Part shown: positions 31,299 to 42,426 of the stretch, in pieces | How the letters are laid out: each line of letters opens with the position of its first letter | Position numbering within the stretch: the first letter of the stretch is position 1 | Assembly (NCBI RefSeq): GCF_030384885.1 | Contig: NZ_CP128613.1 | DNA length: 64,000 nt | Origin: Escherichia coli | GTDB taxonomy: Bacteria; Pseudomonadota; Gammaproteobacteria; Enterobacterales; Enterobacteriaceae | Reading direction: 5' to 3' (one strand) | The notes under the pieces: generated by a model | The model's database searches: none | Told to the model about the DNA's origin: nothing | What the model saw: only the letters and a program-made list of their open reading frames with translations | Program-made: the position numbers and the translations under genes

Positions 31299-31738
31299 AT
31301 TCTTTTCCTTAAAATTAACCATGTGAACAATAAGGCTATATATGACCTTAAATTGCGTCCAATATCAAAGGGATTATAACGATATCTCATTAGTTAACCT
31401 ATTGACATTCAGGTGTTTTAAAGGTAGCAGGTCATAGTCTGTTATGTAGTGATGTACCGCAAATTAACTGTAAGTAGAAACGCTTCAGCCCAGGTTTTCA
31501 AGCAAGAAAGATAGCAAGAAGAAAACCAAAGTAGGCTAATCAGGGAGTTAGCATAATAATTTGATTTTGCTGATTAATATCAATTGTGTATAAATAACAA
31601 CGAATCGATAAAAATGAAGAATAAATGACCTGAAGGGGTATTACACATCTAAAACACTGACCGTTTTATTCAAAGTCGGCCAGTGTTTTCGATAAATTAT
31701 TGTGCGACTTTTGCCGTGACAGAATTCTTTTTCTGAAA

Positions 31739-32083
31739 TTAAACCGCCGCGATAATCTTAATTTCAACCTTGTACTTCGGGTTCATCAAACCCGCTTGTA
31801 CCGTGCAGCGCACCGGCGCATGACCCGCGACAACCCAGGCATCCCACGCTTTATTCATCGCCGCGAAGTCGTTTTTATCAGCCAGGAAAATGGTGGCATC
31901 CAGAATGCTCGATTTATTGCTGCCCTGTTTTTCCAGCACGGCGTCAATCTGCGCCAGCGTGTTGGCGGTTTGCTCAAAGGCATTGGCGTCGAGGTTTTCC
32001 GGTACACCAGTGTAGTAGAGCGTGTTGTTGTGGATTACTACATCAGACCAGCGGGCTTCAGCATCGATACGAACGATAGTCAT
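31739..32083 (-). CDS. yoaB: RidA/YjgF-family protein YoaB
   Basis: 114-aa product MTIVRIDAEARWSDVVIHNNTLYYTGVPENLDANAFEQ...; start at internal Met of ORF 31739..32131. Confidence 0.85.
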   Translation of the reverse strand: MTIVRIDAEARWSDVVIHNNTLYYTGVPENLDANAFEQTANTLAQIDAVLEKQGSNKSSILDATIFLADKNDFAAMNKAWDAWVVAGHAPVRCTVQAGLMNPKYKVEIKIIAAV

Positions 32084-32214
32084 CATTTTGTCCTCATTAT
32101 CCTTCCATTTTCGTGCTGCAAAGACTGCCACAATGTGAGGTCGCCGTCACCACTTCAACTGGCGAAAGCGCCCTCATCCTGACATAATCCCTGTTCAAAT
32201 CAACAGGGGGTAGT

Positions 32215-34125
32215 GTGACGGACGATTTTGCACCAGACGGTCAGCTGGCGAAAGCGATACCAGGCTTTAAGCCGCGAGAACCACAGCGTCAGATGGCGGT
32301 AGCCGTCACCCAGGCAATAGAAACAAGCCAGCCGCTGGTGGTGGAGGCCGGAACCGGTACGGGCAAAACCTACGCTTACCTGGCCCCTGCGCTGCGGGCG
32401 AAAAAGAAAGTCATTATCTCGACCGGCTCAAAAGCGTTGCAGGATCAGCTCTACAGCCGCGATTTGCCAACGGTCTCAAAGGCGTTGAAATACACGGGCA
32501 ACGTGGCGTTGCTGAAAGGGCGCTCAAACTATCTCTGCCTCGAACGACTGGAACAGCAGGCGCTGGCGGGCGGCGATTTGCCGGTACAAATCTTAAGCGA
32601 TGTGATCCTGCTGCGCTCCTGGTCTAATCAAACAGTCGATGGTGATATCAGCACCTGCGTCAGCGTGGCGGAAGATTCACAGGCGTGGCCGCTGGTCACC
32701 AGCACCAACGACAACTGCCTTGGCAGCGACTGCCCGATGTATAAAGATTGCTTTGTGGTCAAAGCACGCAAAAAAGCGATGGACGCCGATGTGGTGGTGG
32801 TAAACCATCATCTCTTTCTGGCGGATATGGTGGTGAAAGAGAGTGGATTTGGCGAACTGATCCCGGAAGCTGACGTGATGATCTTCGACGAAGCCCACCA
32901 ACTGCCTGACATTGCCAGCCAGTATTTTGGTCAGTCACTCTCCAGTCGACAACTGCTCGACCTGGCAAAAGACATCACCATCGCCTACCGCACCGAATTA
33001 AAAGACACCCAGCAGTTACAAAAGTGCGCCGACCGCCTTGCCCAGAGCGCGCAGGATTTTCGCCTGCAATTAGGTGAGCCAGGTTATCGTGGCAACCTGC
33101 GCGAACTGTTAGCTAATCCGCAAATTCAGCGAGCATTTTTACTGCTCGATGACACCCTGGAACTTTGTTATGACGTGGCGAAACTGTCGCTGGGGCGTTC
33201 CGCCTTGCTGGATGCGGCATTTGAGCGCGCCACGTTGTATCGTACGCGGCTGAAACGGCTAAAAGAGATCAATCAGCCGGGCTACAGCTACTGGTATGAA
33301 TGCACTTCGCGCCATTTTACTCTGGCGCTCACGCCGCTTAGCGTGGCGGATAAATTCAAAGAATTAATGGCGCAAAAACCAGGTAGCTGGATCTTCACCT
33401 CAGCAACGCTGTCGGTGAACGACGATCTGCATCATTTCACCTCGCGGCTCGGGATAGAACACGCGGAGTCGTTGCTATTGCCAAGCCCCTTTGATTACAG
33501 CCGCCAGGCATTACTCTGTGTGCCGCGCAACCTGCCGCAAACCAATCAACCGGGTTCCGCTCGGCAGCTGGCGGCAATGCTGCGACCGATCATCGAAGCC
33601 AATAATGGTCGTTGTTTCATGCTTTGTACCTCGCACGCCATGATGCGCGATCTGGCCGAGCAGTTCCGCGCTACCATGACGCTTCCCGTGTTGTTGCAGG
33701 GGGAAACCAGCAAAGGCCAACTGCTACAGCAGTTTGTCAGTGCCGGTAATGCGCTGCTTGTGGCGACCAGCAGTTTCTGGGAGGGGGTGGACGTGCGTGG
33801 CGATACATTGTCACTGGTGATTATCGACAAGTTGCCGTTTACCTCCCCGGATGACCCGTTGTTAAAAGCGCGCATGGAAGATTGCCGTTTGCGCGGTGGT
33901 GACCCGTTCGATGAAGTACAACTGCCGGATGCGGTCATTACTCTCAAGCAGGGAGTAGGGCGACTGATTCGCGACGCCGACGATCGAGGGGTTTTGGTGA
34001 TTTGCGACAATCGGCTGGTGATGCGCCCTTACGGCGCGACGTTTCTCGCCAGTCTGCCGCCAGCGCCGCGCACCCGTGACATTGCCCGTGCGGTTCGTTT
34101 CCTTGCGATACCATCCTCCAGGTAA
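32215..34125 (+). CDS. yoaA: DinG-family ATP-dependent DNA helicase YoaA
   Basis: 636-aa product with Walker A (AGTGTGKT), DEAH box (FDEAHQL) and Fe-S Cys cluster; GTG start. Confidence 0.92.
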   Translation: MTDDFAPDGQLAKAIPGFKPREPQRQMAVAVTQAIETSQPLVVEAGTGTGKTYAYLAPALRAKKKVIISTGSKALQDQLYSRDLPTVSKALKYTGNVALLKGRSNYLCLERLEQQALAGGDLPVQILSDVILLRSWSNQTVDGDISTCVSVAEDSQAWPLVTSTNDNCLGSDCPMYKDCFVVKARKKAMDADVVVVNHHLFLADMVVKESGFGELIPEADVMIFDEAHQLPDIASQYFGQSLSSRQLLDLAKDITIAYRTELKDTQQLQKCADRLAQSAQDFRLQLGEPGYRGNLRELLANPQIQRAFLLLDDTLELCYDVAKLSLGRSALLDAAFERATLYRTRLKRLKEINQPGYSYWYECTSRHFTLALTPLSVADKFKELMAQKPGSWIFTSATLSVNDDLHHFTSRLGIEHAESLLLPSPFDYSRQALLCVPRNLPQTNQPGSARQLAAMLRPIIEANNGRCFMLCTSHAMMRDLAEQFRATMTLPVLLQGETSKGQLLQQFVSAGNALLVATSSFWEGVDVRGDTLSLVIIDKLPFTSPDDPLLKARMEDCRLRGGDPFDEVQLPDAVITLKQGVGRLIRDADDRGVLVICDNRLVMRPYGATFLASLPPAPRTRDIARAVRFLAIPSSR

Positions 34126-34182
34126 TTTGTGATGGAGTATGGTATGATGCGCGCCTTTTTATTGATCTAAGCACGAAGACCC

Positions 34183-34878
34183 ATGCGAATTCTGGCTATC
34201 GATACCGCGACAGAGGCCTGCTCTGTCGCCCTGTGGAACGACGGTACTGTCAACGCTCATTTTGAGCTTTGCCCTCGTGAACATACTCAACGAATCTTAC
34301 CGATGGTGCAGGATATCCTGACCACCAGCGGAACTTCCCTGACGGACATAAATGCTCTGGCTTACGGGCGCGGCCCCGGTAGCTTTACCGGCGTGCGCAT
34401 TGGTATTGGCATTGCGCAAGGGCTGGCGCTTGGCGCGGAATTACCGATGATTGGCGTCTCCACGCTAATGACGATGGCTCAAGGGGCGTGGCGCAAAAAC
34501 GGCGCAACCCGCGTGCTGGCAGCCATTGACGCGCGAATGGGCGAAGTTTACTGGGCCGAATATCAGCGCGATGAAAACGGCGTCTGGCACGGTGAAGAAA
34601 CCGAAGCCGTACTCAAACCTGAACTCGTTCATGAACGGATGCAACAGCTTTCCGGCGAATGGGTGACGGTAGGGACGGGCTGGCAAGCCTGGCCGGATCT
34701 CGGTAAAGAGAGCGGTTTGGCCCTGCGCGATGGCGAAGTGTTACTGCCCGCTGCAGAAGATATGCTGCCGATTGCTTGTCAGATGTTTGCCGTGGGTAAA
34801 ACGGTGGCGGTGGAACATGCCGAACCGGTTTATTTACGTAACAACGTCGCATGGAAGAAACTTCCGGGCAAAGAATGA
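34183..34878 (+). CDS. tsaB: tRNA t6A37 synthesis protein TsaB (YeaZ)
   Basis: 231-aa product [42 protein letters not shown]... (ASKHA fold, Kae1/TsaD paralog). Confidence 0.93.
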   Translation: MRILAIDTATEACSVALWNDGTVNAHFELCPREHTQRILPMVQDILTTSGTSLTDINALAYGRGPGSFTGVRIGIGIAQGLALGAELPMIGVSTLMTMAQGAWRKNGATRVLAAIDARMGEVYWAEYQRDENGVWHGEETEAVLKPELVHERMQQLSGEWVTVGTGWQAWPDLGKESGLALRDGEVLLPAAEDMLPIACQMFAVGKTVAVEHAEPVYLRNNVAWKKLPGKE

Positions 34879-34916
34879 ATCTTAAGAGTATGCCCTGAGA
34901 AAAAAGGAGTCGCATC

Positions 34917-35498
34917 ATGGCGGTTCAAAAGAATGTTATCAAAGGCATACTGGCAGGTACGTTTGCGCTAATGCTGAGCGGTTGTGTCACTGTGCCGGAC
35001 GCCATTAAAGGCAACAGTCCCACGCCGCAACAAGATTTAGTTCGGGTAATGAGTGCGCCGCAGCTGTACGTTGGTCAGGAGGCACGCTTTGGTGGCAAAG
35101 TGGTTGCGGTACAAAACCAGCAAGGGAAAACCCGCCTGGAAATTGCCACCGTACCGCTGGACAGTGGAGCCAGACCGACGCTGGGAGAACCTTCTCGCGG
35201 TCGCATTTATGCCGATGTGAACGGTTTTCTGGATCCGGTAGATTTTCGTGGACAATTGGTCACGGTAGTTGGACCAATCACCGGTGCGGTTGACGGCAAA
35301 ATCGGCAACACGCCCTATAAATTTATGGTGATGCAGGTAACGGGTTACAAACGTTGGCATTTAACCCAGCAGGTGATTATGCCGCCTCAGCCGATTGATC
35401 CATGGTTTTATGGCGGTCGTGGCTGGCCCTATGGCTACGGTGGATGGGGCTGGTATAATCCCGGCCCCGCGAGAGTACAAACTGTTGTAACTGAATAA
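34917..35498 (+). CDS. yeaY: Slp-family outer-membrane lipoprotein YeaY
   Basis: 193-aa product with lipobox (LMLSGCVTV) and Gly/Trp/Tyr-rich C-terminus. Confidence 0.88.
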   Translation: MAVQKNVIKGILAGTFALMLSGCVTVPDAIKGNSPTPQQDLVRVMSAPQLYVGQEARFGGKVVAVQNQQGKTRLEIATVPLDSGARPTLGEPSRGRIYADVNGFLDPVDFRGQLVTVVGPITGAVDGKIGNTPYKFMVMQVTGYKRWHLTQQVIMPPQPIDPWFYGGRGWPYGYGGWGWYNPGPARVQTVVTE

Positions 35499-35702
35499 TT
35501 GCTTGTTTTTAAAGAAAAAGAAACAGCGGCTGGTCCGCTGTTTCTGCATTCTTACGGTAAAGATAAAAATAAATAGTGACGCGCTTCGCAACCTTTTCGT
35601 TGGGTAATTATCAAGCTGGTATGATGAGTTAATATTATGTTAACGGCATGTATATCATTTGGGGTTGCGATGACGACGAACACGCATTTTAGAGGTGAAG
35701 AA

Positions 35703-37388
35703 TTGAAGAAGGTTTGGCTTAACCGTTATCCCGCGGACGTTCCGACGGAGATCAACCCTGACCGTTATCAATCTCTGGTAGATATGTTTGAGCAGTCGGT
35801 CGCGCGCTACGCCGATCAACCCGCGTTTGTGAATATGGGGGAGGTGATGACCTTCCGCAAACTGGAAGAACGCAGTCGCGCGTTTGCCGCTTATTTGCAA
35901 CAAGGGTTGGGACTGAAGAAAGGCGATCGCGTTGCGTTGATGATGCCTAATTTATTGCAATATCCGGTGGCGCTGTTTGGCATTTTGCGTGCCGGGATGA
36001 TTGTCGTAAACGTTAACCCGTTGTATACCCCGCGTGAACTTGAGCATCAGCTTAACGATAGCGGCGCATCGGCGATTGTTATCGTGTCTAACTTTGCCCA
36101 CACTCTGGAAAAAGTGGTTGATAAAACCGCCGTTCAGCACGTTATTCTGACCCGTATGGGCGATCAGCTATCCACGGCAAAAGGCACGGTAGTCAATTTC
36201 GTTGTTAAATACATCAAGCGTCTGGTGCCGAAATACCATCTGCCAGATGCCATTTCATTTCGTAGCGCCCTGCACAACGGCTACCGGATGCAGTACGTCA
36301 AACCCGAACTGGTGCCGGAAGATTTAGCTTTCCTGCAATATACCGGCGGTACCACTGGTGTGGCGAAAGGCGCGATGCTGACTCACCGCAATATGCTGGC
36401 GAATCTGGAACAAGTTAACGCGACTTACGGGCCGCTGTTGCATCCGGGCAAAGAGCTGGTGGTGACGGCACTGCCGCTGTATCACATTTTTGCGCTGACC
36501 ATTAACTGCCTGCTGTTTATTGAACTGGGCGGGCAGAACCTGCTTATCACTAACCCGCGCGATATTCCGGGGTTGGTAAAAGAGTTAGCGAAATATCCGT
36601 TTACCGCGATAACCGGCGTTAACACCTTGTTCAATGCGTTGCTGAACAATAAAGAGTTCCAGCAGCTGGATTTCTCCAGTCTGCACCTTTCCGCAGGCGG
36701 TGGGATGCCTGTTCAGCAAGTGGTGGCAGAACGTTGGGTGAAACTGACAGGACAGTATCTGCTGGAAGGTTATGGCCTGACCGAGTGTGCGCCGCTGGTC
36801 AGCGTTAACCCGTATGATATTGATTATCATAGTGGTAGCATCGGTTTGCCGGTGCCGTCGACGGAAGCCAAACTGGTGGATGATGATGATAATGAAGTAC
36901 CACCGGGTCAACCGGGTGAGCTTTGTGTCAAAGGACCGCAGGTGATGCTGGGTTACTGGCAGCGTCCGGATGCTACCGATGAAATCATCAAAAATGGCTG
37001 GTTACACACCGGCGATATCGCGGTGATGGATGAAGAAGGATTCCTGCGCATTGTCGATCGTAAAAAAGACATGATTCTGGTTTCCGGTTTTAACGTCTAT
37101 CCCAACGAGATTGAAGATGTCGTCATGCAGCATCCTGGCGTACAGGAAGTCGCGGCTGTTGGCGTACCTTCCGGCTCCAGTGGTGAAGCGGTGAAAATCT
37201 TCGTTGTGAAAAAAGATCCATCGCTTACCGAAGAGTCACTGGTGACTTTTTGCCGCCGTCAGCTCACGGGCTACAAAGTACCGAAGCTGGTAGAGTTTCG
37301 TGATGAGTTACCGAAATCTAACGTCGGAAAAATTTTGCGACGAGAATTACGTGACGAAGCGCGCGGCAAAGTGGACAATAAAGCCTGA
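35703..37388 (+). CDS. fadD: Long-chain-fatty-acid--CoA ligase FadD
   Basis: 561-aa product (M)[31 protein letters not shown]... with AMP-binding motif ([12 protein letters not shown]); initiates at TTG 35703, not at the upstream in-frame ATG. Confidence 0.92.
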
Positions 37389-37405
37389 GCGTTAAGTCAG
37401 TCGTC

Positions 37406-37433
37406 AGACGCCGGTTAATCCGGCGTTTTTTTT
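37406..37433 (+). terminator. Intrinsic terminator after fadD, immediately upstream of rnd
   Basis: GACGCCGG-TTAAT-CCGGCGT hairpin followed by T8. Confidence 0.8.
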
Positions 37434-37457
37434 GACGCCCACTAAAGAGAATACAAT

Positions 37458-38585
37458 TTGAATTACCAAATGATTACCACGGACGATGCGCTGGCTTCTT
37501 TGTGTGAAGCTGTCCGTGCCTTTCCGGCGATAGCCCTGGATACTGAATTTGTTCGTACGCGCACCTATTACCCGCAGCTGGGTCTAATTCAACTTTTCGA
37601 TGGCGAGCATCTGGCGCTAATTGATCCTCTCGGGATCACCGACTGGTCACCGCTGAAAGCGATCCTGCGCGATCCGTCCATCACAAAATTTCTCCATGCA
37701 GGCAGTGAAGATCTGGAAGTGTTCCTCAATGTCTTTGGCGAATTACCACAACCCCTGATTGACACGCAAATCCTTGCTGCCTTCTGCGGACGCCCGATGT
37801 CATGGGGTTTTGCTTCCATGGTGGAAGAGTATTCCGGCGTTACGCTGGACAAGAGTGAATCGCGCACCGACTGGCTGGCCAGACCGCTGACTGAACGTCA
37901 GTGTGAATACGCAGCGGCGGATGTCTGGTATCTGTTACCGATCACCGCAAAGCTTATGGTAGAAACGGAGGCCTCCGGCTGGCTACCTGCGGCGCTGGAT
38001 GAATGCCGCCTGATGCAAATGCGTCGTCAGGAAGTCGTTGCGCCGGAAGATGCCTGGCGTGATATCACCAATGCCTGGCAGTTACGCACACGCCAACTGG
38101 CCTGTCTGCAACTGTTAGCCGATTGGCGACTGCGTAAGGCGCGGGAGCGCGATCTGGCGGTGAACTTTGTCGTGCGTGAAGAGCATTTGTGGTCGGTAGC
38201 ACGTTATATGCCGGGAAGTCTTGGCGAACTGGATAGCCTGGGCTTATCCGGTAGCGAAATCCGCTTCCACGGTAAAACGCTGCTGGCGCTGGTGGAAAAA
38301 GCGCAGGCATTGCCGGAAGAGGCGTTACCGCAGCCGATGCTTAACCTGATGGATATGCCGGGTTATCGTAAAGCGTTTAAAGCGATTAAGTCGCTGATTA
38401 CTGACGTGAGCGAAACACACAAGATCAGCGCCGAATTGCTGGCATCGCGTCGGCAAATCAACCAGCTGCTGAACTGGCACTGGAAACTGAAACCGCAGAA
38501 CAATTTGCCGGAGCTGATTTCCGGCTGGCGTGGTGAGCTGATGGCGGAAGCATTACACAATTTATTGCAGGAATATCCACAGTAA
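37458..38585 (+). CDS. rnd: Ribonuclease D
   Basis: 375-aa product MNYQMITTDDALASLCEAVRAFPAIALDTEFVRTRTYYPQLGLIQL... (DEDD 3'-5' exonuclease plus HRDC); initiation codon is TTG at 37458, as known for rnd. Confidence 0.93.
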   Translation: MNYQMITTDDALASLCEAVRAFPAIALDTEFVRTRTYYPQLGLIQLFDGEHLALIDPLGITDWSPLKAILRDPSITKFLHAGSEDLEVFLNVFGELPQPLIDTQILAAFCGRPMSWGFASMVEEYSGVTLDKSESRTDWLARPLTERQCEYAAADVWYLLPITAKLMVETEASGWLPAALDECRLMQMRRQEVVAPEDAWRDITNAWQLRTRQLACLQLLADWRLRKARERDLAVNFVVREEHLWSVARYMPGSLGELDSLGLSGSEIRFHGKTLLALVEKAQALPEEALPQPMLNLMDMPGYRKAFKAIKSLITDVSETHKISAELLASRRQINQLLNWHWKLKPQNNLPELISGWRGELMAEALHNLLQEYPQ

Positions 38586-38598
38586 AATCTTCCGAAGC

Positions 38599-38636
38599 CG
38601 GACTGGGCGCGCTCAGCGCCACATCCGGCTTCGGCA
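38599..38636. terminator. Bidirectional hairpin between convergent rnd and yeaX
   Basis: Extended inverted repeat GAAGCCGGA...TCCGGCTTC between the two stop codons. Confidence 0.55.
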
Positions 38637-38638
38637 AA

Positions 38639-39604
38639 CTACAAATCCAACACCAGGCGTTTACCCTTCGCGCGTGAACAACAGATCAACATACTTTGCT
38701 GGCTGGCACGCTCTTCATCGCTAAAATACTGATCCCGATGGTCAGCTTCACCTTCCAGTATTGCCGTTTCGCAGGTTCCGCATACCCCTTCACGACATAA
38801 ACATTCCACTTTCGCTGCTTTACTATTTTCAATAACCTGCAAAATAGTCATCTCTTCCGCCACCACAAACTCTTTTCCGGAACGGGCAAGCACCAGCGTA
38901 AATGCATCGCCGGTTTTGTCTTCGATAGCAAATTGCTCAAAGTGCAGCGTATCGGTGGCGATGTCCAGACGCGCAGCTTCACTTCTTACCGCCTCATTTA
39001 GCGCCTCGGGGCCACAGGTATAAACATGTGTGCCAGGTTCGATATCCGCCAACAATCGCGCTAATTCCAGTCGTGTTCCGGTTGATGAATGATGCAAATG
39101 GACTTTCTCGGCCTGCGGATGCTGGACTAGCTCATCACGAAATGCGCAACTTTCTGGATTTCGCGAGCAGTAATGTAACTGCCAGTCGACGTCGCTGTAT
39201 TGCAACTCTGCCATGTGCGACAGGAAAGGGGTGATACCAATACCGCCCGCGATAAACAGATGCTTTCTGGCCGAGGGAATTAGCGCAAACAGGTTATTCG
39301 GCGTTGAAATCGTTAACCGATCGCCAGCCTTCACTTTCTGATGTAAAAAACGCGAACCGCCGCGCGAATTTTCTTCCAGTCGAACGGCAATCTGATAACG
39401 AGACGTATCGAGTGGCGAACTCAGCAGTGAGTACGCATTGCTGTACTGGTTATCACCATCGGCCATCTGCACAATGATGTGACTTCCGCCGTTGAACGCA
39501 GGCAGCGGTTTGCCATCGGTTGCCACCAGCGTGAAGCGTTTCACCTGTTCGGTAAGCGGTTCAACCTGGCTCACCTGTACTTCAAATATTTGGTAGTTTG
39601 ACAT
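38639..39604 (-). CDS. yeaX: Carnitine monooxygenase reductase subunit YeaX (CntB); FNR-like flavin reductase with 2Fe-2S ferredoxin domain
   Basis: 321-aa product MSNYQIFEVQVSQVEPLTEQVKRFTL... with C-terminal plant-type ferredoxin Cys motif (CREGVCGTCE). Confidence 0.9.
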   Translation of the reverse strand: MSNYQIFEVQVSQVEPLTEQVKRFTLVATDGKPLPAFNGGSHIIVQMADGDNQYSNAYSLLSSPLDTSRYQIAVRLEENSRGGSRFLHQKVKAGDRLTISTPNNLFALIPSARKHLFIAGGIGITPFLSHMAELQYSDVDWQLHYCSRNPESCAFRDELVQHPQAEKVHLHHSSTGTRLELARLLADIEPGTHVYTCGPEALNEAVRSEAARLDIATDTLHFEQFAIEDKTGDAFTLVLARSGKEFVVAEEMTILQVIENSKAAKVECLCREGVCGTCETAILEGEADHRDQYFSDEERASQQSMLICCSRAKGKRLVLDL

Positions 39605-39659
39605 TGCTGTACTCCATCAAAAATCAGCCCGGCGGCGGAAAATACCGCCGCCGATGTCA

Positions 39660-40784
39660 TTAGTCCTTAAACACCTGCGCCAGCAGATTATGGAAATGGG
39701 CGATACCGTGTTCGGAAATTCCGCTACCGCTACTGTCGGCCATGATGCGCCCCTGACCACGATAGCCACGCGATTTCAGCCCTTTCTGTACGCTTTCAAC
39801 CAGACGTAAATCTTCCGGACGGAACACGTCGCGATACCACTCAATCAGTGATTTTTGCTCGTCGGTTAACTCTTCATTGGTGAAGTAAATATCGTAGTTT
39901 TGCAGGGTAGTTTCAGAATCCACCGGGAATTCATAAATGACCGTCATCATGCCTTTGATCGGGGTGACGTTCAGCATCGTGCACGGCCACAGCCAGAAAC
40001 CATGGAATGCCGCATCCGTGCCCTCTTCGAATTTGAAAGACTGTTCGGACGGTTTGGCGAAACCGTACTGCAGCGTCCAGTTACCGTGCATGGTGTGCCA
40101 GTAACGATCAACCTGAACGGAGTCGGAGAAACCTGGATGCGCCGGACCACAGTGATAGCACTCGAGATAGTTATCGACAATGTTCTTCCAGTTGGCAGGC
40201 GTGCGGGTGGTAAAGCGGGCCGCCAGTTTCAGGTCATGGACTTCCGGGCAGGCTTCCAGCACTTTCTCTCCCAGACCGGGTAACTGATCTTCTACGCTGG
40301 TGGCGTTGGGGTCCATGTTGATGAAGACGAATCCGGCATATTCTTCCAGACGTACTGGAACCAGTTGCGCTTTGTCGCTATCGAAATTGGCGACGTTTTC
40401 GCAGTTACGTGCATGGGCCAGGTTGCCATCGAGTTTGAATGCCCAGGCGTGATACGGGCAGGTAATCACATTTTTCGCTTTCCCTTCGCCGCTCAATAAC
40501 TGATGACCACGGTGCGGGCAAACGTTATAGAACGCGCGCAAAACCTTATCACGACCGCGTACCAGCACGATGCTTTCGCCAATGATCTCACGCGTCACAT
40601 AATCATTGGCATTCGCCAGTTCGCTGCTGTGAGCGACGCAAATCCAGCTTTTGGCGAAGACGTTCTCTTTTTCGTGTTCAAACGCGTTCTGATCGGTATA
40701 AAAACGGGCAGGAATGGTCCACGCCTCTTGTGGGTTAGCGCAAAAATTTTCGGGTAGTACAAAGTCAGGGCTCAGATTGCTCAT
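39660..40784 (-). CDS. yeaW: Carnitine monooxygenase Rieske oxygenase subunit YeaW (CntA)
   Basis: 374-aa product MSNLSPDFVLPENFCANPQEAWTIPARFYTDQ... with Rieske motif (CPHRGH...CPYHAW); start at internal Met of ORF 39660..40904. Confidence 0.9.
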   Translation of the reverse strand: MSNLSPDFVLPENFCANPQEAWTIPARFYTDQNAFEHEKENVFAKSWICVAHSSELANANDYVTREIIGESIVLVRGRDKVLRAFYNVCPHRGHQLLSGEGKAKNVITCPYHAWAFKLDGNLAHARNCENVANFDSDKAQLVPVRLEEYAGFVFINMDPNATSVEDQLPGLGEKVLEACPEVHDLKLAARFTTRTPANWKNIVDNYLECYHCGPAHPGFSDSVQVDRYWHTMHGNWTLQYGFAKPSEQSFKFEEGTDAAFHGFWLWPCTMLNVTPIKGMMTVIYEFPVDSETTLQNYDIYFTNEELTDEQKSLIEWYRDVFRPEDLRLVESVQKGLKSRGYRGQGRIMADSSGSGISEHGIAHFHNLLAQVFKD

Positions 40785-40815
40785 AGGGATACCTTTATCG
40801 TTAGGATGATGGCGT

Positions 40816-42426
40816 TCAGTTGTCGCCTTTGAATACGGTTCCAGCAGGAAGCACTGGCGCTTTTCCCGGGGCTTCAACCGGTGTCTGCGGGAGATAATGT
40901 TCAACTTGATGAGCCGGAATGTCGGCGTAATCCTGTTTCAGCCAGCGAATAAATCCGCCGACTTTCACCAGTAAAATGGCGAGGAAGGGAAGGGCAGTGA
41001 GGACGACGGTAGTTTTCATTGTTTCCAGCGAAGCACCGGTAAACAAGATGGAAAGCGGGATCAGAGTGATCACTACGCACCAGAACAGACGCAGCCCACG
41101 GTCAGGATCGTCACCTTCCTGGAGATTACGCGTGCTGGTCGCCGCCATGGTGTAAGCCACCGCATCCATATGCGAGGCGAGGAAGATAATCATCACGCCC
41201 AGATAGGCCGCGAGGAACAATTTACCGGCTGGTAGAGACATCAGAACTTGCTGCACAGCTGTTTCGCCGCCCAGTGTTTCCAGCACCTGTGGGACGTTGA
41301 TTACGCCATTGATAAACTGATGAATGGCATAGCTTTCCATTACGCCGAAGAAGAACCAGCAACCGACGGTGCTGCCGAGGATCAGTCCCCAGATAACTTC
41401 TTTAATCTTACGACCGCGCGAAACTCGGGTGACAAACATTGCTACGCCAGGGGTGTATGAGATCCACCACAGCCAGTAGAAAACGGTCCAGTTGCGGGTA
41501 AATGAACCATCGCCAAGCGGATCGGTGAATAAGCTCATTTGCAGGAAGTTTTGCGTGGTCAGGCCGATGGCATTGATGATGCTGTTGGTAATAAATTCGG
41601 TTGGACCGACAATCAGCACCAGTAATGGCAGCAGGAATGCGCCCCAGCCAACCATTTTGCTTAGACGTTGCAAACCGTTGTTGATACCAATCCACGAGCT
41701 TAGGCAAAAAATGCCGCCGGAAAGCAGGATCACAAATGCCTGTACGGTAAAGTTATCGGGTAAACCGGTCAGCGCGGAAAGCCCACGGGTAAAGGTTGCT
41801 GCGGTGACAACAAGGGAAATGGTCAGTGCGCCGACAGTGGCGATCAGGAACATCAAATCGACCAGTTTCCCCCACGGGCCTTGCGGGCGAACGCCGGTAA
41901 TAGCAGCAATAATGCCGGAAAGGCTCAGCCCTTTATTTTTCCGCACATGAAAGTGATAAGCCATGATTAATGAGGCCAGCGTATAAGTTGCCCAGGCGCT
42001 GATGCCCCAGTGGAAGAAGGAGTAGGGAACGCTAAATTCGAGTGCCTGTTGTGAACGCGGTGCGATATTTAATCCAGGCGTTTGATAATAATAGGCCCAT
42101 TCAGCAACCCCCCAATAAAGCGTAGAAGAACCTAAACCTGCACAAATAAACATAAACAGCCAGGAGAGCGTGCTGTATTCCGGTTTTCCTTCGCCAAGAC
42201 GAATATTGCCGTATTTACTGGTGGCTAAATAAATCACCAGTCCCATTGCCAGCAAAACCAATACCTGTACGGCGGAACCTAACGTACGCGTAACAAAAGT
42301 GTATATTGCGTTGGCCGCGTCGGCCGATTGTTGTGGGAAAAGGCTTAATGCAGCTGCGATGAAAAGAATGGCCACCAGGCTGATGCTTATCAACGGCACA
42401 TCTTTTTTCTTAACATTGCTCATCAT
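40816..42426 (-). CDS. yeaV: BCCT-family transporter YeaV (CaiT-like)
   Basis: 536-aa ORF aligning from its N-terminus with CaiT-type BCCT transporters; overlaps the yeaW start by ~32 nt; exact start/end not certain. Confidence 0.85.
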   Translation of the reverse strand: MMSNVKKKDVPLISISLVAILFIAAALSLFPQQSADAANAIYTFVTRTLGSAVQVLVLLAMGLVIYLATSKYGNIRLGEGKPEYSTLSWLFMFICAGLGSSTLYWGVAEWAYYYQTPGLNIAPRSQQALEFSVPYSFFHWGISAWATYTLASLIMAYHFHVRKNKGLSLSGIIAAITGVRPQGPWGKLVDLMFLIATVGALTISLVVTAATFTRGLSALTGLPDNFTVQAFVILLSGGIFCLSSWIGINNGLQRLSKMVGWGAFLLPLLVLIVGPTEFITNSIINAIGLTTQNFLQMSLFTDPLGDGSFTRNWTVFYWLWWISYTPGVAMFVTRVSRGRKIKEVIWGLILGSTVGCWFFFGVMESYAIHQFINGVINVPQVLETLGGETAVQQVLMSLPAGKLFLAAYLGVMIIFLASHMDAVAYTMAATSTRNLQEGDDPDRGLRLFWCVVITLIPLSILFTGASLETMKTTVVLTALPFLAILLVKVGGFIRWLKQDYADIPAHQVEHYLPQTPVEAPGKAPVLPAGTVFKGDN

